Source of the DNA: Chitinophagaceae bacterium
GTDB taxonomy: Bacteria; Bacteroidota; Bacteroidia; Chitinophagales; Chitinophagaceae
DNA length: 64,000 nt
NCBI GenBank assembly: GCA_965279015.1
Contig: OZ257130.1
Span: 575,723 to 639,722 of the forward strand
Direction of reading: 5' to 3'
Made by a program: the position numbers and the translations under genes. The notes beneath the pieces were generated by a model. It did not search any database, was not told the origin of the DNA, and saw only the letters and a program-made list of their open reading frames with translations. Positions within the stretch are counted from its first letter, which is position 1; each line of letters begins with the position of its first letter. Positions 28,597-39,195 of this stretch are shown here, one piece after another.

Positions 28597-31152
28597 TTAC
28601 TCGCTTACCACCGCCGGCACACTAATGCTTCCTCCATAAAACAATGCATTCAGGAATAGTTTATTGGTGCCGTACCAGGTTCCGCGGAAATTAGGATTAT
28701 CTGTAAATAAAATTACCCGGCCACTTCCTTCACTTCCCACCAGTATAGACGCTGAATTGCGTACACGTTTCAACGTGGTTGGGTGAATATAGCCGCCAAT
28801 CAGCGGGTCGCTTGTGTATTGTGCTATCGTACTATACGGATTGATACTGGGCTGCAAAAAAGTTAACCCGTTACGATACACAGAAACTTTTCGATCAGTG
28901 AATCCAAATCCAAGTGGATGTGTTGTATCCAAATCAACACGAAATAATGAACCACCCATTGCTCTGGCTCCTTCAATATGAACTGCCATATCATAGTCTT
29001 TGCGTGACGGAACTCCCTTACTGCTGTCGGATGGCAGTAACTTTTCCCTTGTAAATCCATTTCGAATGGCCCAGTCGGTTCCGGATTTAATTGTAATCAA
29101 AGTGTTTCCGTTCTGCACCCAGGCTTTTAATTTATCCGCGTTATTTTTATCTATCAACGCATAATTTCCCGATACCATGATAATCGTATTGTAACGACTG
29201 AGATCGGCACGATTAATATTCAACAGATCCAATTTAGTTATAGGCATCTGTAAGCGTTCATCCAGCAAATGCCAGATCTCTCCTGCTTCCGGAGCCGATA
29301 CGCCAGTTCCAACCATCAGTGCAACATTGGGTTTTTTCAACGTGCGAACATAGCCACTGCCCATATCAATACCACCCGAACTAAAACCCGTACTTAATGA
29401 ATAAATAACAAGACCTGCGCGTTTATTAACTTCGCTCACTAAGCGAAAAAGTGAGTCGGAGGAAATGCGTTGCAGATTTACCGGCAATACAATGGAACCA
29501 TATCCAAAATTCTTTGCGACCCCTTTGATCGTTGCTGAAAAGGGACGGAAAGCCGATTGTACAATAGCGCCCCCTTCCTGCAATTGATGTATCACCTGGT
29601 GAATATTATAATCTGTCGCCTCCATTACATAAGCATAATTGCTCTTTTCGACAGATGTAATCATTCGTGTCGGTAATGCAGTCAGCCTTTTGTCTTTCCC
29701 CAATGCTGTTTTTAATTCAGCATACGGCAAATTATACGCGTGTACAAGGCTCCAGGCAGATGCATCGTAAAATGAACTATCCCGGTAGGTAATTTGTTTT
29801 TCAAATACAGTGCGAACCATAATGTAATTGTCCTGGTCGCAGGGGACATAATAGGTTTTTTTTGATTCAAATTTTTTCCCATCAACAGTTACCGCATTTT
29901 CGTTTTCATATACTTCTATTTCGTGCAATAGGAGCATTGCTACAAAGGCCCTGGTTCTTGTTTCATCATTTACATCGCCAAAAACATATCCTTTAACCGC
30001 CGATTTAGCAGCCTGTTCTTTTGCTACCCGGTAAAATTCTTTCCGCAATTTCAACAGGTTATCTTTTTCCACCAGTGAGGCTCTACATGTAGTTAATGAG
30101 GCGATGAATTGATTACGGATGGTAAAAGCAAAGCTTATTGGAATGGTAGTGGTTTCCTGTAAATGCCCCCTCGAACTGGCTTGCTCGAATAAAAAACCTG
30201 CGCCTCCATAAAAGTTGATATAACTACTGCCATAGCCCGGGTATAATTTATCGTACGCCTCTTTGGTAAAATACATCGAACCAATTTTATCCGCCGCGGC
30301 GGCAAAATATTTTGCATACGTTGGATAAATGGTTTTGTATAAATAATCGGGTACAATTGGATTATTGCTTGCGTCTTCTCCCGGATCAAAATAAAAACTT
30401 GCATTGCTTCCCATTTCATGATGATCTGTCTGTATATAGGGTCGCCATTGATGAAAGAACTTTATCCGGTTCCTTGTTTCCGGGAAAGTTCCCAGGAACC
30501 AATCTCTGTTTAAATCGAACCAATAATGATTGAATCGACCACCCGGCCAGATTTCGGTATGTTCACGATCGAGAGGATCAGCTACTACCGGGGATGCCTT
30601 GTGCATATTTGCCCAATGCGTATGTCTGTCTCTTCCGTCGGGATTAATTACAGGATCCATCAATATCACCATCTCATTCAGCCATTTTATAGTTTCCTCG
30701 CTCTCCGATGCAGTGAGATAATAAGCAGTAAGCAGGGCAGCCTCACTGCTGGAGGGTTCATTACCATGAACATTATAGCCCATATGAATGACTAACGGAA
30801 CGGATTGAGTTGATCCACTTACTTGCCCGGCAAGATGTGCTTTACGAATCTCTTCTAACTTTGAATGATTAGCGGCAGACGAGAAAATAGCCGTAACCTG
30901 TTGCCGGTGCTCATAAGTTTCGCCGATGATTTGTAGGGTAACGCGATCAGATAATCGATCCAATTCTTTAAAATACTCAACCAGTTTATCGTGACGTGTA
31001 TGATGAGTACCAATCTCATACCCCAAAAAAGCGGAGGGAGTTGGGATAGCGGGGTTCATATTTCCCGCGTCCGGATAAAAATAAGCAGGTTGTGCATTTA
31101 CAATTACGCCAAAATAAAGAGCTATTAAAGCTAGAAAAATTCTTTGCAGCAT
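28597..31152 (-). CDS. M14 family zinc carboxypeptidase-like protein
   Basis: VHGNEPS, NPDGRDR, DLNRD, DHHEMG; signal peptide from the reassigned start MLQRIF (31152). Confidence 0.9.
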   Translation of the reverse strand: MLQRIFLALIALYFGVIVNAQPAYFYPDAGNMNPAIPTPSAFLGYEIGTHHTRHDKLVEYFKELDRLSDRVTLQIIGETYEHRQQVTAIFSSAANHSKLEEIRKAHLAGQVSGSTQSVPLVIHMGYNVHGNEPSSSEAALLTAYYLTASESEETIKWLNEMVILMDPVINPDGRDRHTHWANMHKASPVVADPLDREHTEIWPGGRFNHYWFDLNRDWFLGTFPETRNRIKFFHQWRPYIQTDHHEMGSNASFYFDPGEDASNNPIVPDYLYKTIYPTYAKYFAAAADKIGSMYFTKEAYDKLYPGYGSSYINFYGGAGFLFEQASSRGHLQETTTIPISFAFTIRNQFIASLTTCRASLVEKDNLLKLRKEFYRVAKEQAAKSAVKGYVFGDVNDETRTRAFVAMLLLHEIEVYENENAVTVDGKKFESKKTYYVPCDQDNYIMVRTVFEKQITYRDSSFYDASAWSLVHAYNLPYAELKTALGKDKRLTALPTRMITSVEKSNYAYVMEATDYNIHQVIHQLQEGGAIVQSAFRPFSATIKGVAKNFGYGSIVLPVNLQRISSDSLFRLVSEVNKRAGLVIYSLSTGFSSGGIDMGSGYVRTLKKPNVALMVGTGVSAPEAGEIWHLLDERLQMPITKLDLLNINRADLSRYNTIIMVSGNYALIDKNNADKLKAWVQNGNTLITIKSGTDWAIRNGFTREKLLPSDSSKGVPSRKDYDMAVHIEGARAMGGSLFRVDLDTTHPLGFGFTDRKVSVYRNGLTFLQPSINPYSTIAQYTSDPLIGGYIHPTTLKRVRNSASILVGSEGSGRVILFTDNPNFRGTWYGTNKLFLNALFYGGSISVPAVVSE

Positions 31153-31398
31153 AGTGATGGTTTTAATCGGGTTCTCTACTAAAACTACCAAAAAATAATA
31201 TTTAAGGATTGAGCTTTTTTCAAACGCCCTGCCCCCAAATACGCTTCGCATTTCATGCGAGAATTGATTATTATCAACAATTGGCATTCCAACTACCATA
31301 TAAACCCTTACAAAAACAAAAAAACTTACCCTCATATTCAATAGAACCCCCTGTTTTGCAGTTATTTAAAATGTTAGATATCCATTGTTGGAAAAACC

Positions 31399-34300
31399 AT
31401 GAACACACCTTTCAGAAAAATACTGCGGATAGCGATTCTTGTAGTGGCTGGAGCCTTACTTTTTAATTTTTTCGGTTATTACCTGGTCTATCGCAAATCG
31501 CACGAAAACGAAAAGTTGGTTCGCTTTTCAGACATAACCGCTAAGCAACGAATGCTAAGCCAGGTAATGACGAAAGACGCGTTGATTTTGATTGATGCGG
31601 AATTACCCGAGACGGCTGATACCACATTAAGGAGTGCTCTTAAAACCGATCTGGCTTCATTTATCAGCAATAACGAACTACTGCAAAAAGAAATTAGCCT
31701 GCCCAATATACCAGTAAGCCAGAATACGCTCGAGATTAAACGCCTGTTCAACAATTCACAAACACACTTTAAAAGTATTGTAGCAGTTGCCACAGAAGTT
31801 TTGCAGGCCGATAGCCTGATGATTGAAATGAATTCCACCCTTTACAAGAGAGAATTGTTTCAAAGCGAAAATAAATTCAGCCCATTAATGGCTGAAATAA
31901 TAGAGCGTTACTCAAAAGTTATCGAAGGAAAGAACGAAGACGCTGCCGCGATTAATACCAGTAAATTTATTTCTTTAGTGATCGCCTTACTCTGCCTGGT
32001 ACTTCTTGTAATTGAACCCCTTTTCCGGAGCGGACGAAAAAATTATGAAGCATTACTCAACAATGAATTAAAATTCCGACTTCTTGCGGAACACTCGGAA
32101 GATATAATTACAGTAAACAGCATCGATGGCACCTTGCAATATGTTTCCCCCTCTGTTCAACGGGTTTTAGGATATTCCCAACAGGAAGTAGAAGGAAAGA
32201 ATATTTATGATTACGTACACATTGATGACCTGTATAAGTTTTCTCCAACCGGTGAAAGTCAAACCCTGAATGAAATAGTAAACCTTACGATCCGCTACCG
32301 GATGCGTTGCAAGAATGAAGACTATATCTGGTTAGAGACCATTATCAAACCCGTGAAAGAAGAAAATGTGGTGGTGAAACTCATCTGCACCAGTCGAAAT
32401 ATTACCGAACGCAGGAACGCGGAAAGTGAACGGGAACAATTACTTTCTGAAGCGAAGCAATCGGAAGAATTATTACGAAGCGTTATCAACTCTACACCCG
32501 ACTGGATATTTATCAAAGACCTGAGTCATCGGTATCTTCTCGTTAACCAATCTTTTGCTGATGCCATGCACCAGCCTCCTACCTATTTTGTTGGCAAAAA
32601 CGATATTGAAGCGGGCTTTCCTATAGCATTAGTAAAGGGAGATCCTGAAAAAGGGATTCGTGGATATTGGGATGATGATCTGGATGTGGTGAAAACAGGC
32701 AAATCAAGATTTTCGGAAGAAGAGGCGAATATAATAGATGGAAAAACCCAATACTTCAGCACGGTAAAAGTGCCCTTGCGTGATAGTGATGGGTATATCT
32801 GGGGAGTATTGGGGTTTGCGCATAATATAACAGATCGCAAAATGGTGGAGGAACACCTGCAACGCAAGGATTTGTTATTACAGGCTGTAACAGAAGCTAC
32901 ACACCGATTAATCAGCAACAATAGTCTCGTAGACGCTATGGGGGAGGCTATCCAGTTACTGGGGATTAAGATGCAGGTTGATATCGTGAATATTTATAAA
33001 AATGAAAGAACAAACGATGACAAATGGGTAACCAATGAATTGCTTCGCTGGGAAAATGGGATGGATGAGTTGATTCACAAAAATCCCGCGAGACAAAACC
33101 TTCTGATGAATTTGCAGAGTTCGTTATTCCGGACCTTACAAAATGAAGATACTTATTTCAACCTGGTAAAAAATATGGACGAGGATGGCATCAAATCATC
33201 TTTGTTGAACCAGGGTGTTAAATCAATAGCTGTTATCCCTATTTTCAGCTTGCATAATTTCTGGGGGTTTGTGGAATTCAGCGATTGCAAAATCGAGCGT
33301 GAATGGACCATCACTGAATTTTCTATCCTGCAATCTTTTTCTTCCACGCTTGCAGCAGCTATCGAACGGATGCAGATGGAACATGAATTGGTACAGGCAA
33401 AGAATATCGCTGAAACGGCCAGCCAGGCAAAAAGCGAATTCATGGCCAATATGAGTCATGAGTTGCGTACACCAATGAATGGTATTATTGGCTTTACGGA
33501 CCTTGTTCTCACCACAGAATTACAGCACTCCCAACGACAGTATCTGGATAATGTAAAAAAATCAGCCTTTAACCTTTTAAGCATTATCAACGATATTCTC
33601 GATCTTTCGAAAATTGAAGCAGGCAAACTGATTATCGATAATACACATTTCCGACTGGATGAATTGGTCGAAGATACTGTTGACCTGCTCACCGTAAAAG
33701 CATTTGAAAAAAAGCTACAGGTAATTTGCCGTACCGATCCAAGAATACCTTCTTTATTTAACGGCGATCCGGTTCGTGTACGACAGGTATTGGTAAACCT
33801 TTTAGGCAATGCAATTAAGTTTACTGCCGAGGGTGAGATTATAGTTACTACCCGAAGGTTAACAGATGTGTATCATAAAGAGGGTAAAAACTTTTGCGAT
33901 ATTGAATTGTCTGTAAGAGACACCGGTATCGGTATTTCCCGGGAGAAACTAAAAAAAGTGTTTGAGAGTTTTACGCAGGCCGATTCTTCCACTACCCGCA
34001 AATACGGAGGAACAGGTTTGGGTTTAACCATTTCGAAAAACCTGGCAGAATTGATGGGTGGTCAACTTACTGTTACCAGCGATATTGGACAAGGCAGTAC
34101 ATTTATTCTGCAATTGGCAATGGAGGTCGTTAATGAAAAGCCTCAGTTGCTGAGCGATCCGATTAACAACGTTAAAAAAGTATTGATCGCCGATGCAAAT
34201 GCCAGTAACCGACAGTGGTTAAAAGAAATAATTAATTATTTCGGAATAGAATGCGAGTTGGTTGGTAGCGCGCTGGAAGCCATGATACTGCTCGATAAAC

Positions 34301-34980
34301 TGAATCAAACAAATCAATTACCCGGACTTGTAATCTGCGACCAGCATATGCCGGAAATAGACGGTATTCAATTTATTAAAGAATTACGCAATCATTCTGT
34401 TTTTTCCCGCATTCCGGTAAGTCTTATGTTATCCTCCCTGGAAAAAAACCTTTACCAGAACGAAGCAGAAAAACTTCGCGTAAATCATATACTTACCAGG
34501 CCGGTTAAGCTTTATGAGTTATATAGCTTTCTATGCTCTCTTTCTTCGGGAGAAGAAATGCAGGCGGAAGAAAAACAGGGCTCTACTGTTATTGAAAAAT
34601 TCGCGGACGCTACTACCATTATGGTGGTGGAAGACGATCCCATTAACATGATGCTGATTTCGGAGGTACTTCGTAAAATGGGCTTTAAAGTAATTAAAGC
34701 CACTAATGGCAAACAGGCTCTTGAAATATTACCAAAATACGACCCGGTGTTGATTTTTATGGACGTAAATATGCCTGAAATGGATGGTTTTACAACCACC
34801 CGTCTTATCCGACAGTTACCTGAGCCACATTGTTCACTTCCGATAATTGCCCTTACTGCCGACGCTATGCAGGGCGACCGGGAAAAATGTATTGAAGCCG
34901 GCATGAATGATTATGTTACCAAGCCTTTCCGAATTGAAGAGATTGAGGCGGTGTTGAAGAATAGAACGCTTTTAGTATAA
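31399..34980 (+). CDS. Hybrid sensor histidine kinase (PilJ/NarX-like sensor, 2 PAS-PAC, GAF, HisKA, HATPase, 2 REC)
   Basis: QRMLSQ sensor motif, FMANMSHELRTPMNG, DTGIG, GGTGLGL, two receiver domains. Confidence 0.93.
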   Translation: MNTPFRKILRIAILVVAGALLFNFFGYYLVYRKSHENEKLVRFSDITAKQRMLSQVMTKDALILIDAELPETADTTLRSALKTDLASFISNNELLQKEISLPNIPVSQNTLEIKRLFNNSQTHFKSIVAVATEVLQADSLMIEMNSTLYKRELFQSENKFSPLMAEIIERYSKVIEGKNEDAAAINTSKFISLVIALLCLVLLVIEPLFRSGRKNYEALLNNELKFRLLAEHSEDIITVNSIDGTLQYVSPSVQRVLGYSQQEVEGKNIYDYVHIDDLYKFSPTGESQTLNEIVNLTIRYRMRCKNEDYIWLETIIKPVKEENVVVKLICTSRNITERRNAESEREQLLSEAKQSEELLRSVINSTPDWIFIKDLSHRYLLVNQSFADAMHQPPTYFVGKNDIEAGFPIALVKGDPEKGIRGYWDDDLDVVKTGKSRFSEEEANIIDGKTQYFSTVKVPLRDSDGYIWGVLGFAHNITDRKMVEEHLQRKDLLLQAVTEATHRLISNNSLVDAMGEAIQLLGIKMQVDIVNIYKNERTNDDKWVTNELLRWENGMDELIHKNPARQNLLMNLQSSLFRTLQNEDTYFNLVKNMDEDGIKSSLLNQGVKSIAVIPIFSLHNFWGFVEFSDCKIEREWTITEFSILQSFSSTLAAAIERMQMEHELVQAKNIAETASQAKSEFMANMSHELRTPMNGIIGFTDLVLTTELQHSQRQYLDNVKKSAFNLLSIINDILDLSKIEAGKLIIDNTHFRLDELVEDTVDLLTVKAFEKKLQVICRTDPRIPSLFNGDPVRVRQVLVNLLGNAIKFTAEGEIIVTTRRLTDVYHKEGKNFCDIELSVRDTGIGISREKLKKVFESFTQADSSTTRKYGGTGLGLTISKNLAELMGGQLTVTSDIGQGSTFILQLAMEVVNEKPQLLSDPINNVKKVLIADANASNRQWLKEIINYFGIECELVGSALEAMILLDKLNQTNQLPGLVICDQHMPEIDGIQFIKELRNHSVFSRIPVSLMLSSLEKNLYQNEAEKLRVNHILTRPVKLYELYSFLCSLSSGEEMQAEEKQGSTVIEKFADATTIMVVEDDPINMMLISEVLRKMGFKVIKATNGKQALEILPKYDPVLIFMDVNMPEMDGFTTTRLIRQLPEPHCSLPIIALTADAMQGDREKCIEAGMNDYVTKPFRIEEIEAVLKNRTLLV

Positions 34981-35068
34981 TGTAAAATATAAAATGTAGA
35001 ATATAAAATGTAAAAGTGAAGGCAACTCTACTTTTACATTTTATATTTTAAATTCTACATTTTACATT
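34979..35068. repeat. 7-mer (AAAATGT) inverted-repeat element
   Basis: aatgtaaaatataaaatgtagaatataaaatgtaaaagt ... acttttacattttatattttaaattctacattttacatt. Confidence 0.85.
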
Positions 35069-35145
35069 TCCCAGTCTTAACATCTCCTTACAACCCCCTT
35101 CTTTAATTTCACGTCTTATTTCCGAACTAAATCGACATAAATAAG

Positions 35146-35433
35146 ATGAAGAGTCAAAAAAACACTTCCCTTCTTTTTTGCATAATCATGGATCTGATAG
35201 GTTATGCCACCTATGCCGTTCCGGTATTGGGTGAAGTGGGTGATCTTTTTTGGGCGCCGGTTTCCGCAATCATTTTCTTTAATCTATTTGGTGGATGGAA
35301 AGGCGCAGTGGGTGGTATCTTCAACTTTCTAGAAGAGCTGATGCCGGGCCTTGATTTTATTCCTTCGTTTACGATGATGTGGCTATGGAGAAGCTTTAGT
35401 AAGGATCAGACAGTTGTGTTTACCCGGCCATAA
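35146..35433 (+). CDS. Small hypothetical membrane protein
   Basis: 95 aa, hydrophobic, with motifs DLFWAP and EELMPGLDFIPSFT. Confidence 0.7.
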   Translation: MKSQKNTSLLFCIIMDLIGYATYAVPVLGEVGDLFWAPVSAIIFFNLFGGWKGAVGGIFNFLEELMPGLDFIPSFTMMWLWRSFSKDQTVVFTRP

Positions 35434-35460
35434 AGTACAGATGCAGCATCCGGATAAAAG

Positions 35461-35678
35461 AACCAAGATGCCAAGAAACAAAGAAATAAAACCAAAAATC
35501 AAGAATCAAAGAAAGAATACAAAGAGAGAAAAAATTAAACCCAAAAAAGAATAAAATCAAAACGGGTCTCCGATAATTCGGAGACCCGTTTGTATTTTTT
35601 TGTATTCTTTCTTTGGTACTTGGTTTTCTTTTGCATTTTTTCTTTGGATCTTGGTTCTTCGGTTCTTGGTTCTTTGTA
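35461..35678. repeat. Long imperfect hairpin of CCAAGAA/CAAAGAA 7-mers around a terminator
   Basis: A-rich left arm mirrored by a T-rich right arm (tcttggt/tctttgg units). Confidence 0.7.
35560..35591. terminator. Bidirectional intrinsic terminator
   Basis: aaacgggtctccga-taat-tcggagacccgttt, 14-bp stem between convergent genes. Confidence 0.85.
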
Positions 35679-35681
35679 ACA

Positions 35682-36371
35682 TTAGCTCACCACAAACCTA
35701 TAGCCAATTCCTTTTATAGTAATAATCTCTATCGATTCATCTTCCTTTAAATACCCCCGCAATTTAGTAATATAAACATCCAGGTTCCTGGAATTGAAAA
35801 AGGAATCGTTGCCCCAAAGCAGGTTAAGAATATCTTTTCGATCGATTATCTTATCGCGGTGTTCGTATAATAATTTGAGTAACTCGCTTTCGCGGAACGA
35901 AAGCTTCTTTTCTTCCTTACCATTCATGAGTGTTTGCCGGGTAAGGTGAAATGAAAATCGCCCCAATCTTACCTCATCCGTAGTGCCGGGCTTTCTTCCA
36001 TCCTGTTGGTACCGTAAGGCATTCTCCACCCGAACGATCAATTCTTCCATACTGAAAGGTTTTCGAATATAGTCGTTCCCTCCGGTAGTGAATCCTTTTA
36101 CAAGGTCGGCAGTCTGTGTTTTTGCAGTGAGGAATATAATGGGCACCTTAAAATTAACCGCCCTTATTTCTTCTGCGATCGTAAACCCATCTTTATTAGG
36201 AAGCATAACATCCAATACACAAATATCCGGGTTGACACGCTTGAACACCTGCAATACATTTGCGCCATCGCTTTCCATAACAACATCAAAACTCCGGCTC
36301 TCCAGGCTCTCTTTTACAATTTTGCCCAGGAACAATTCATCTTCAACATATAATATTTTAATCTTACTCAT
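35682..36371 (-). CDS. OmpR/PhoB-family response regulator
   Basis: YVEDE, LDVMLP, FLTAK, KPF; winged-helix C-terminus SRNLDVYITKLR. Confidence 0.95.
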   Translation of the reverse strand: MSKIKILYVEDELFLGKIVKESLESRSFDVVMESDGANVLQVFKRVNPDICVLDVMLPNKDGFTIAEEIRAVNFKVPIIFLTAKTQTADLVKGFTTGGNDYIRKPFSMEELIVRVENALRYQQDGRKPGTTDEVRLGRFSFHLTRQTLMNGKEEKKLSFRESELLKLLYEHRDKIIDRKDILNLLWGNDSFFNSRNLDVYITKLRGYLKEDESIEIITIKGIGYRFVVS

Positions 36372-36372
36372 A

Positions 36373-37944
36373 CTATCCGACCTTTAGTTTTACTTTCCGG
36401 ATGGTTCTATGTTCATCGAAGCGAATAGTGTCCGCTTCTTTATAAGGAATATTTACAATAAAAGTACTTCCTTTCCCCAATTCACTTTTCACTTCAATAA
36501 ATCCCATATGCTGGTGTACAATATGATTCACGTAACTTAATCCAAGACCATATCCTTTTATATTGTGCCGATCACCACCGGGTATGCGGAAAAATTTTTC
36601 GAAGATCTTTCCCTTATATTCTTTAGGAATCCCAATTCCCTTATCGCTAACCTGGAGTGATACATGTTGTTCATGTGTTCGTAGGTAGATATCAATCTCA
36701 GGTTTCTCTTTACTATATTTCAGCGCGTTATCCAGCAGGTTGTAAACAACGCTGGAGATATGCAGTTTATCGGCCTCAATCACGAAATTATTCCCACTGG
36801 TTTCTAACGTAACGGTAGCGTTTTGTTTTTCGAATTGCAGTTTCATAGAGGCCATTACTTCCTGCGTAAGTTGAAGCAGGTCGAAGCTCTCTTTTTGCAG
36901 GGCTATTTCTTTGTTCTCAAACATAGAGAGCTTCAATACTTTATCAACGAGTAATCCAAGCCGGTGAATTTCGGAAGAAGAAATATCGAGGTATTCGCGG
37001 GTGCGTTGTGGATCATTAATGGCATTGAAATTACGTAGCGCTTCGATGGCCACCCCTACGGTAGCGATCGGTGTTTTTAATTCATGGGTGATATTACTTA
37101 CAAATTCATTTTTTAATTGGGCAAGCCGGCGTTGCTGTATGAGGTTACGCAATAATAAAACAAATGAAAAAACGGTGATACCTACCAGAAAAATCGAAAC
37201 CAAAATAGGCAATAGTAGTTTTTTCAACAGGTAGTTTCCGCTGTTTTGCAGATTAAGGGTGAACGTAAGTGGACGGAAAAACCCTACGGTAACTTCATTG
37301 GCTTCTTCCATATCTATCCTAATCAATTCATCCCGGAACCCCACTTCTTTTCGGGTAGTAGAATCATACGTAAACAATTCCTTCCGGCGCTCAACTTCTT
37401 TACGGGTAACAGAAAAAGGAAGATCAATTTTTTCATTTTTAAGCATCCGGGAATATCGATCCGTTATCTCTTTAATGGTTACAGAATCCTGCAATGAATC
37501 TACTCCCTGCAATACCTGAATCCATTCTGCCTGACCGGGGCGTGAAAAAACATGAACCGATTGCCTCATGGAATCAGGAGGGGGAGGCAACGGTTCGGCA
37601 ATCCGCGATTTTGTTAATTCATCATTATTCATTGCAATGACTACCGTTGCGTTTGTTTTCGGCATCGTTCTTACTGTATCAATATCTACCCGTTGGCGGA
37701 TAGCGTTCATCATCCCTACTGCAGTTCTTCCTGCACTCATTCTTATTTTGATATTACTGTCCAATTTCAGTTTTTCAAACTGACACTCGTTCACCACATC
37801 CCGAAACAACACATTCGTACGGATCCGCAGTAATTGTTTTTCTTCCCTATAATTTTTATTCAACCAGTATACCTGGAAACCCAGCACCGCCATAATGGCC
37901 AGCAGCATCAGTGTAACAGGAGTATGAAGTCGGCGTTTGTTCAT
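36373..37944 (-). CDS. Membrane sensor histidine kinase
   Basis: Two TM segments, NITHELKTP, NLLDNALKY, DKGIG, GYGLGL. Confidence 0.95.
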   Translation of the reverse strand: MNKRRLHTPVTLMLLAIMAVLGFQVYWLNKNYREEKQLLRIRTNVLFRDVVNECQFEKLKLDSNIKIRMSAGRTAVGMMNAIRQRVDIDTVRTMPKTNATVVIAMNNDELTKSRIAEPLPPPPDSMRQSVHVFSRPGQAEWIQVLQGVDSLQDSVTIKEITDRYSRMLKNEKIDLPFSVTRKEVERRKELFTYDSTTRKEVGFRDELIRIDMEEANEVTVGFFRPLTFTLNLQNSGNYLLKKLLLPILVSIFLVGITVFSFVLLLRNLIQQRRLAQLKNEFVSNITHELKTPIATVGVAIEALRNFNAINDPQRTREYLDISSSEIHRLGLLVDKVLKLSMFENKEIALQKESFDLLQLTQEVMASMKLQFEKQNATVTLETSGNNFVIEADKLHISSVVYNLLDNALKYSKEKPEIDIYLRTHEQHVSLQVSDKGIGIPKEYKGKIFEKFFRIPGGDRHNIKGYGLGLSYVNHIVHQHMGFIEVKSELGKGSTFIVNIPYKEADTIRFDEHRTIRKVKLKVG

Positions 37945-37987
37945 CTAGTACAAAAGTAACCCAAAGCCAGTAAGGCCTTCGGGGCCG

Positions 37988-38053
37988 TTAACCTTAATTA
38001 ACAATAAATCAAGTTGCATTAACCCGCCCTCAGCAAAGGGTATTCTAGCTTTG
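37988..38053 (+). promoter_or_regulatory. TTAAC direct-repeat operator (38 bp) plus -7 element TAGCTTTG
   Basis: 30/38 identical to the minus-strand motif at 48319-48356, with the same 20-nt gap to a -7-like element. Confidence 0.75.
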
Positions 38054-38070
38054 ATTAAAATATTAAAATT

Positions 38071-38886
38071 ATGATGAAGTCTATTGCTGTTGCCTGTATT
38101 GCTGCATTTATCTGTATATCGGTCAATGCCCAGCAAAACACAGGGAAAGTGATTTATTCAAGAACCGTGCAGATGCAGATCCGGTTTTCCGATAGTGAAG
38201 GTGGGGAGGAAAATGTATTGCCCCGTTCACGTACCGATAAGTTTGAGTTATCCTTTGCCAATAATCAAACATTATGGAAACAAATGGAGCAGGAAGAACA
38301 GGATGGCGATATGGCTTTTAATAATAACGGAGGGGGCGGTATGCAGATAAGAATGATCGGTGCCGGCGCTGATGACGTTATGTTTAGTGATCTGGGCGCT
38401 ACCCGTAGAGTTGAGCTGCGCGAACTGGGCACAAAGAAATATATAGTTGAGGACACGATCCGCCGAATGAACTGGAAACTCAGCGATGAAACAAAAACAA
38501 TTCTTGGAAAGGTTTGCCGCAAAGCCCTATCGGAACGTATCGGTACCCGAATGATGATGAATGTGGAAAACGGTAAAATGGAGCGAAAAGAAATTACCGA
38601 TACCTCCAAAATCGTAGCCTGGTTTACTACCGATATACCCGTGAGTACCGGACCGGCGGAATTCCAGGGTCAGTTGCCTGGTCTTATTCTCGAGATCGAT
38701 ATAAATAATGGTCGCACCGTTTACAAAGCACTGGAAATACAGTCTAAAACCGATGTAGCCGCTATTAAGGAACCCAAGGGGTCCAAGAAACTGACAGTTG
38801 CTGAATTCAATAAAGAACGTGATAAAATGATGGAAGAAATGGGTAGAAATAATGGGGGTTCGGGCAGGACAATTCGAATTAATTGA
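38071..38886 (+). CDS. GLPGLI family protein
   Basis: Signal peptide; AWFTTDIPVSTGPAEFQGQLPGLILE. Confidence 0.92.
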   Translation: MMKSIAVACIAAFICISVNAQQNTGKVIYSRTVQMQIRFSDSEGGEENVLPRSRTDKFELSFANNQTLWKQMEQEEQDGDMAFNNNGGGGMQIRMIGAGADDVMFSDLGATRRVELRELGTKKYIVEDTIRRMNWKLSDETKTILGKVCRKALSERIGTRMMMNVENGKMERKEITDTSKIVAWFTTDIPVSTGPAEFQGQLPGLILEIDINNGRTVYKALEIQSKTDVAAIKEPKGSKKLTVAEFNKERDKMMEEMGRNNGGSGRTIRIN

Positions 38887-38906
38887 TATTAAATAAACCG
38901 ATATCT

Positions 38907-38940
38907 GAAGCCGGCTTTTTACGAAGCCGGCTTCTTTATT
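38907..38940 (+). terminator. Intrinsic terminator
   Basis: gaagccggctt...aagccggcttc stem followed by a T-rich tail. Confidence 0.7.
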
Positions 38941-39195
38941 TCGTCGAAAATTTTTTAAAACTCTTTGGATTCAAGAGGTTGATTTGCAGTATATACACTA
39001 GAAATCGTAGATCTACGATATGCGGAAAACCACAAAAAAGCTTGCATTCATCGAAAATGAGCTATACGTTTGTATAGTTGATCAGCTACAAGGTAGCACT
39101 TAATCCAGTTCCAAAATATCCTTATGTAAATACCATCCGACCTTATCCTGAAAAACCATTCGCATCTCGATTCTTTACCCTTTGAAATTGAATGT

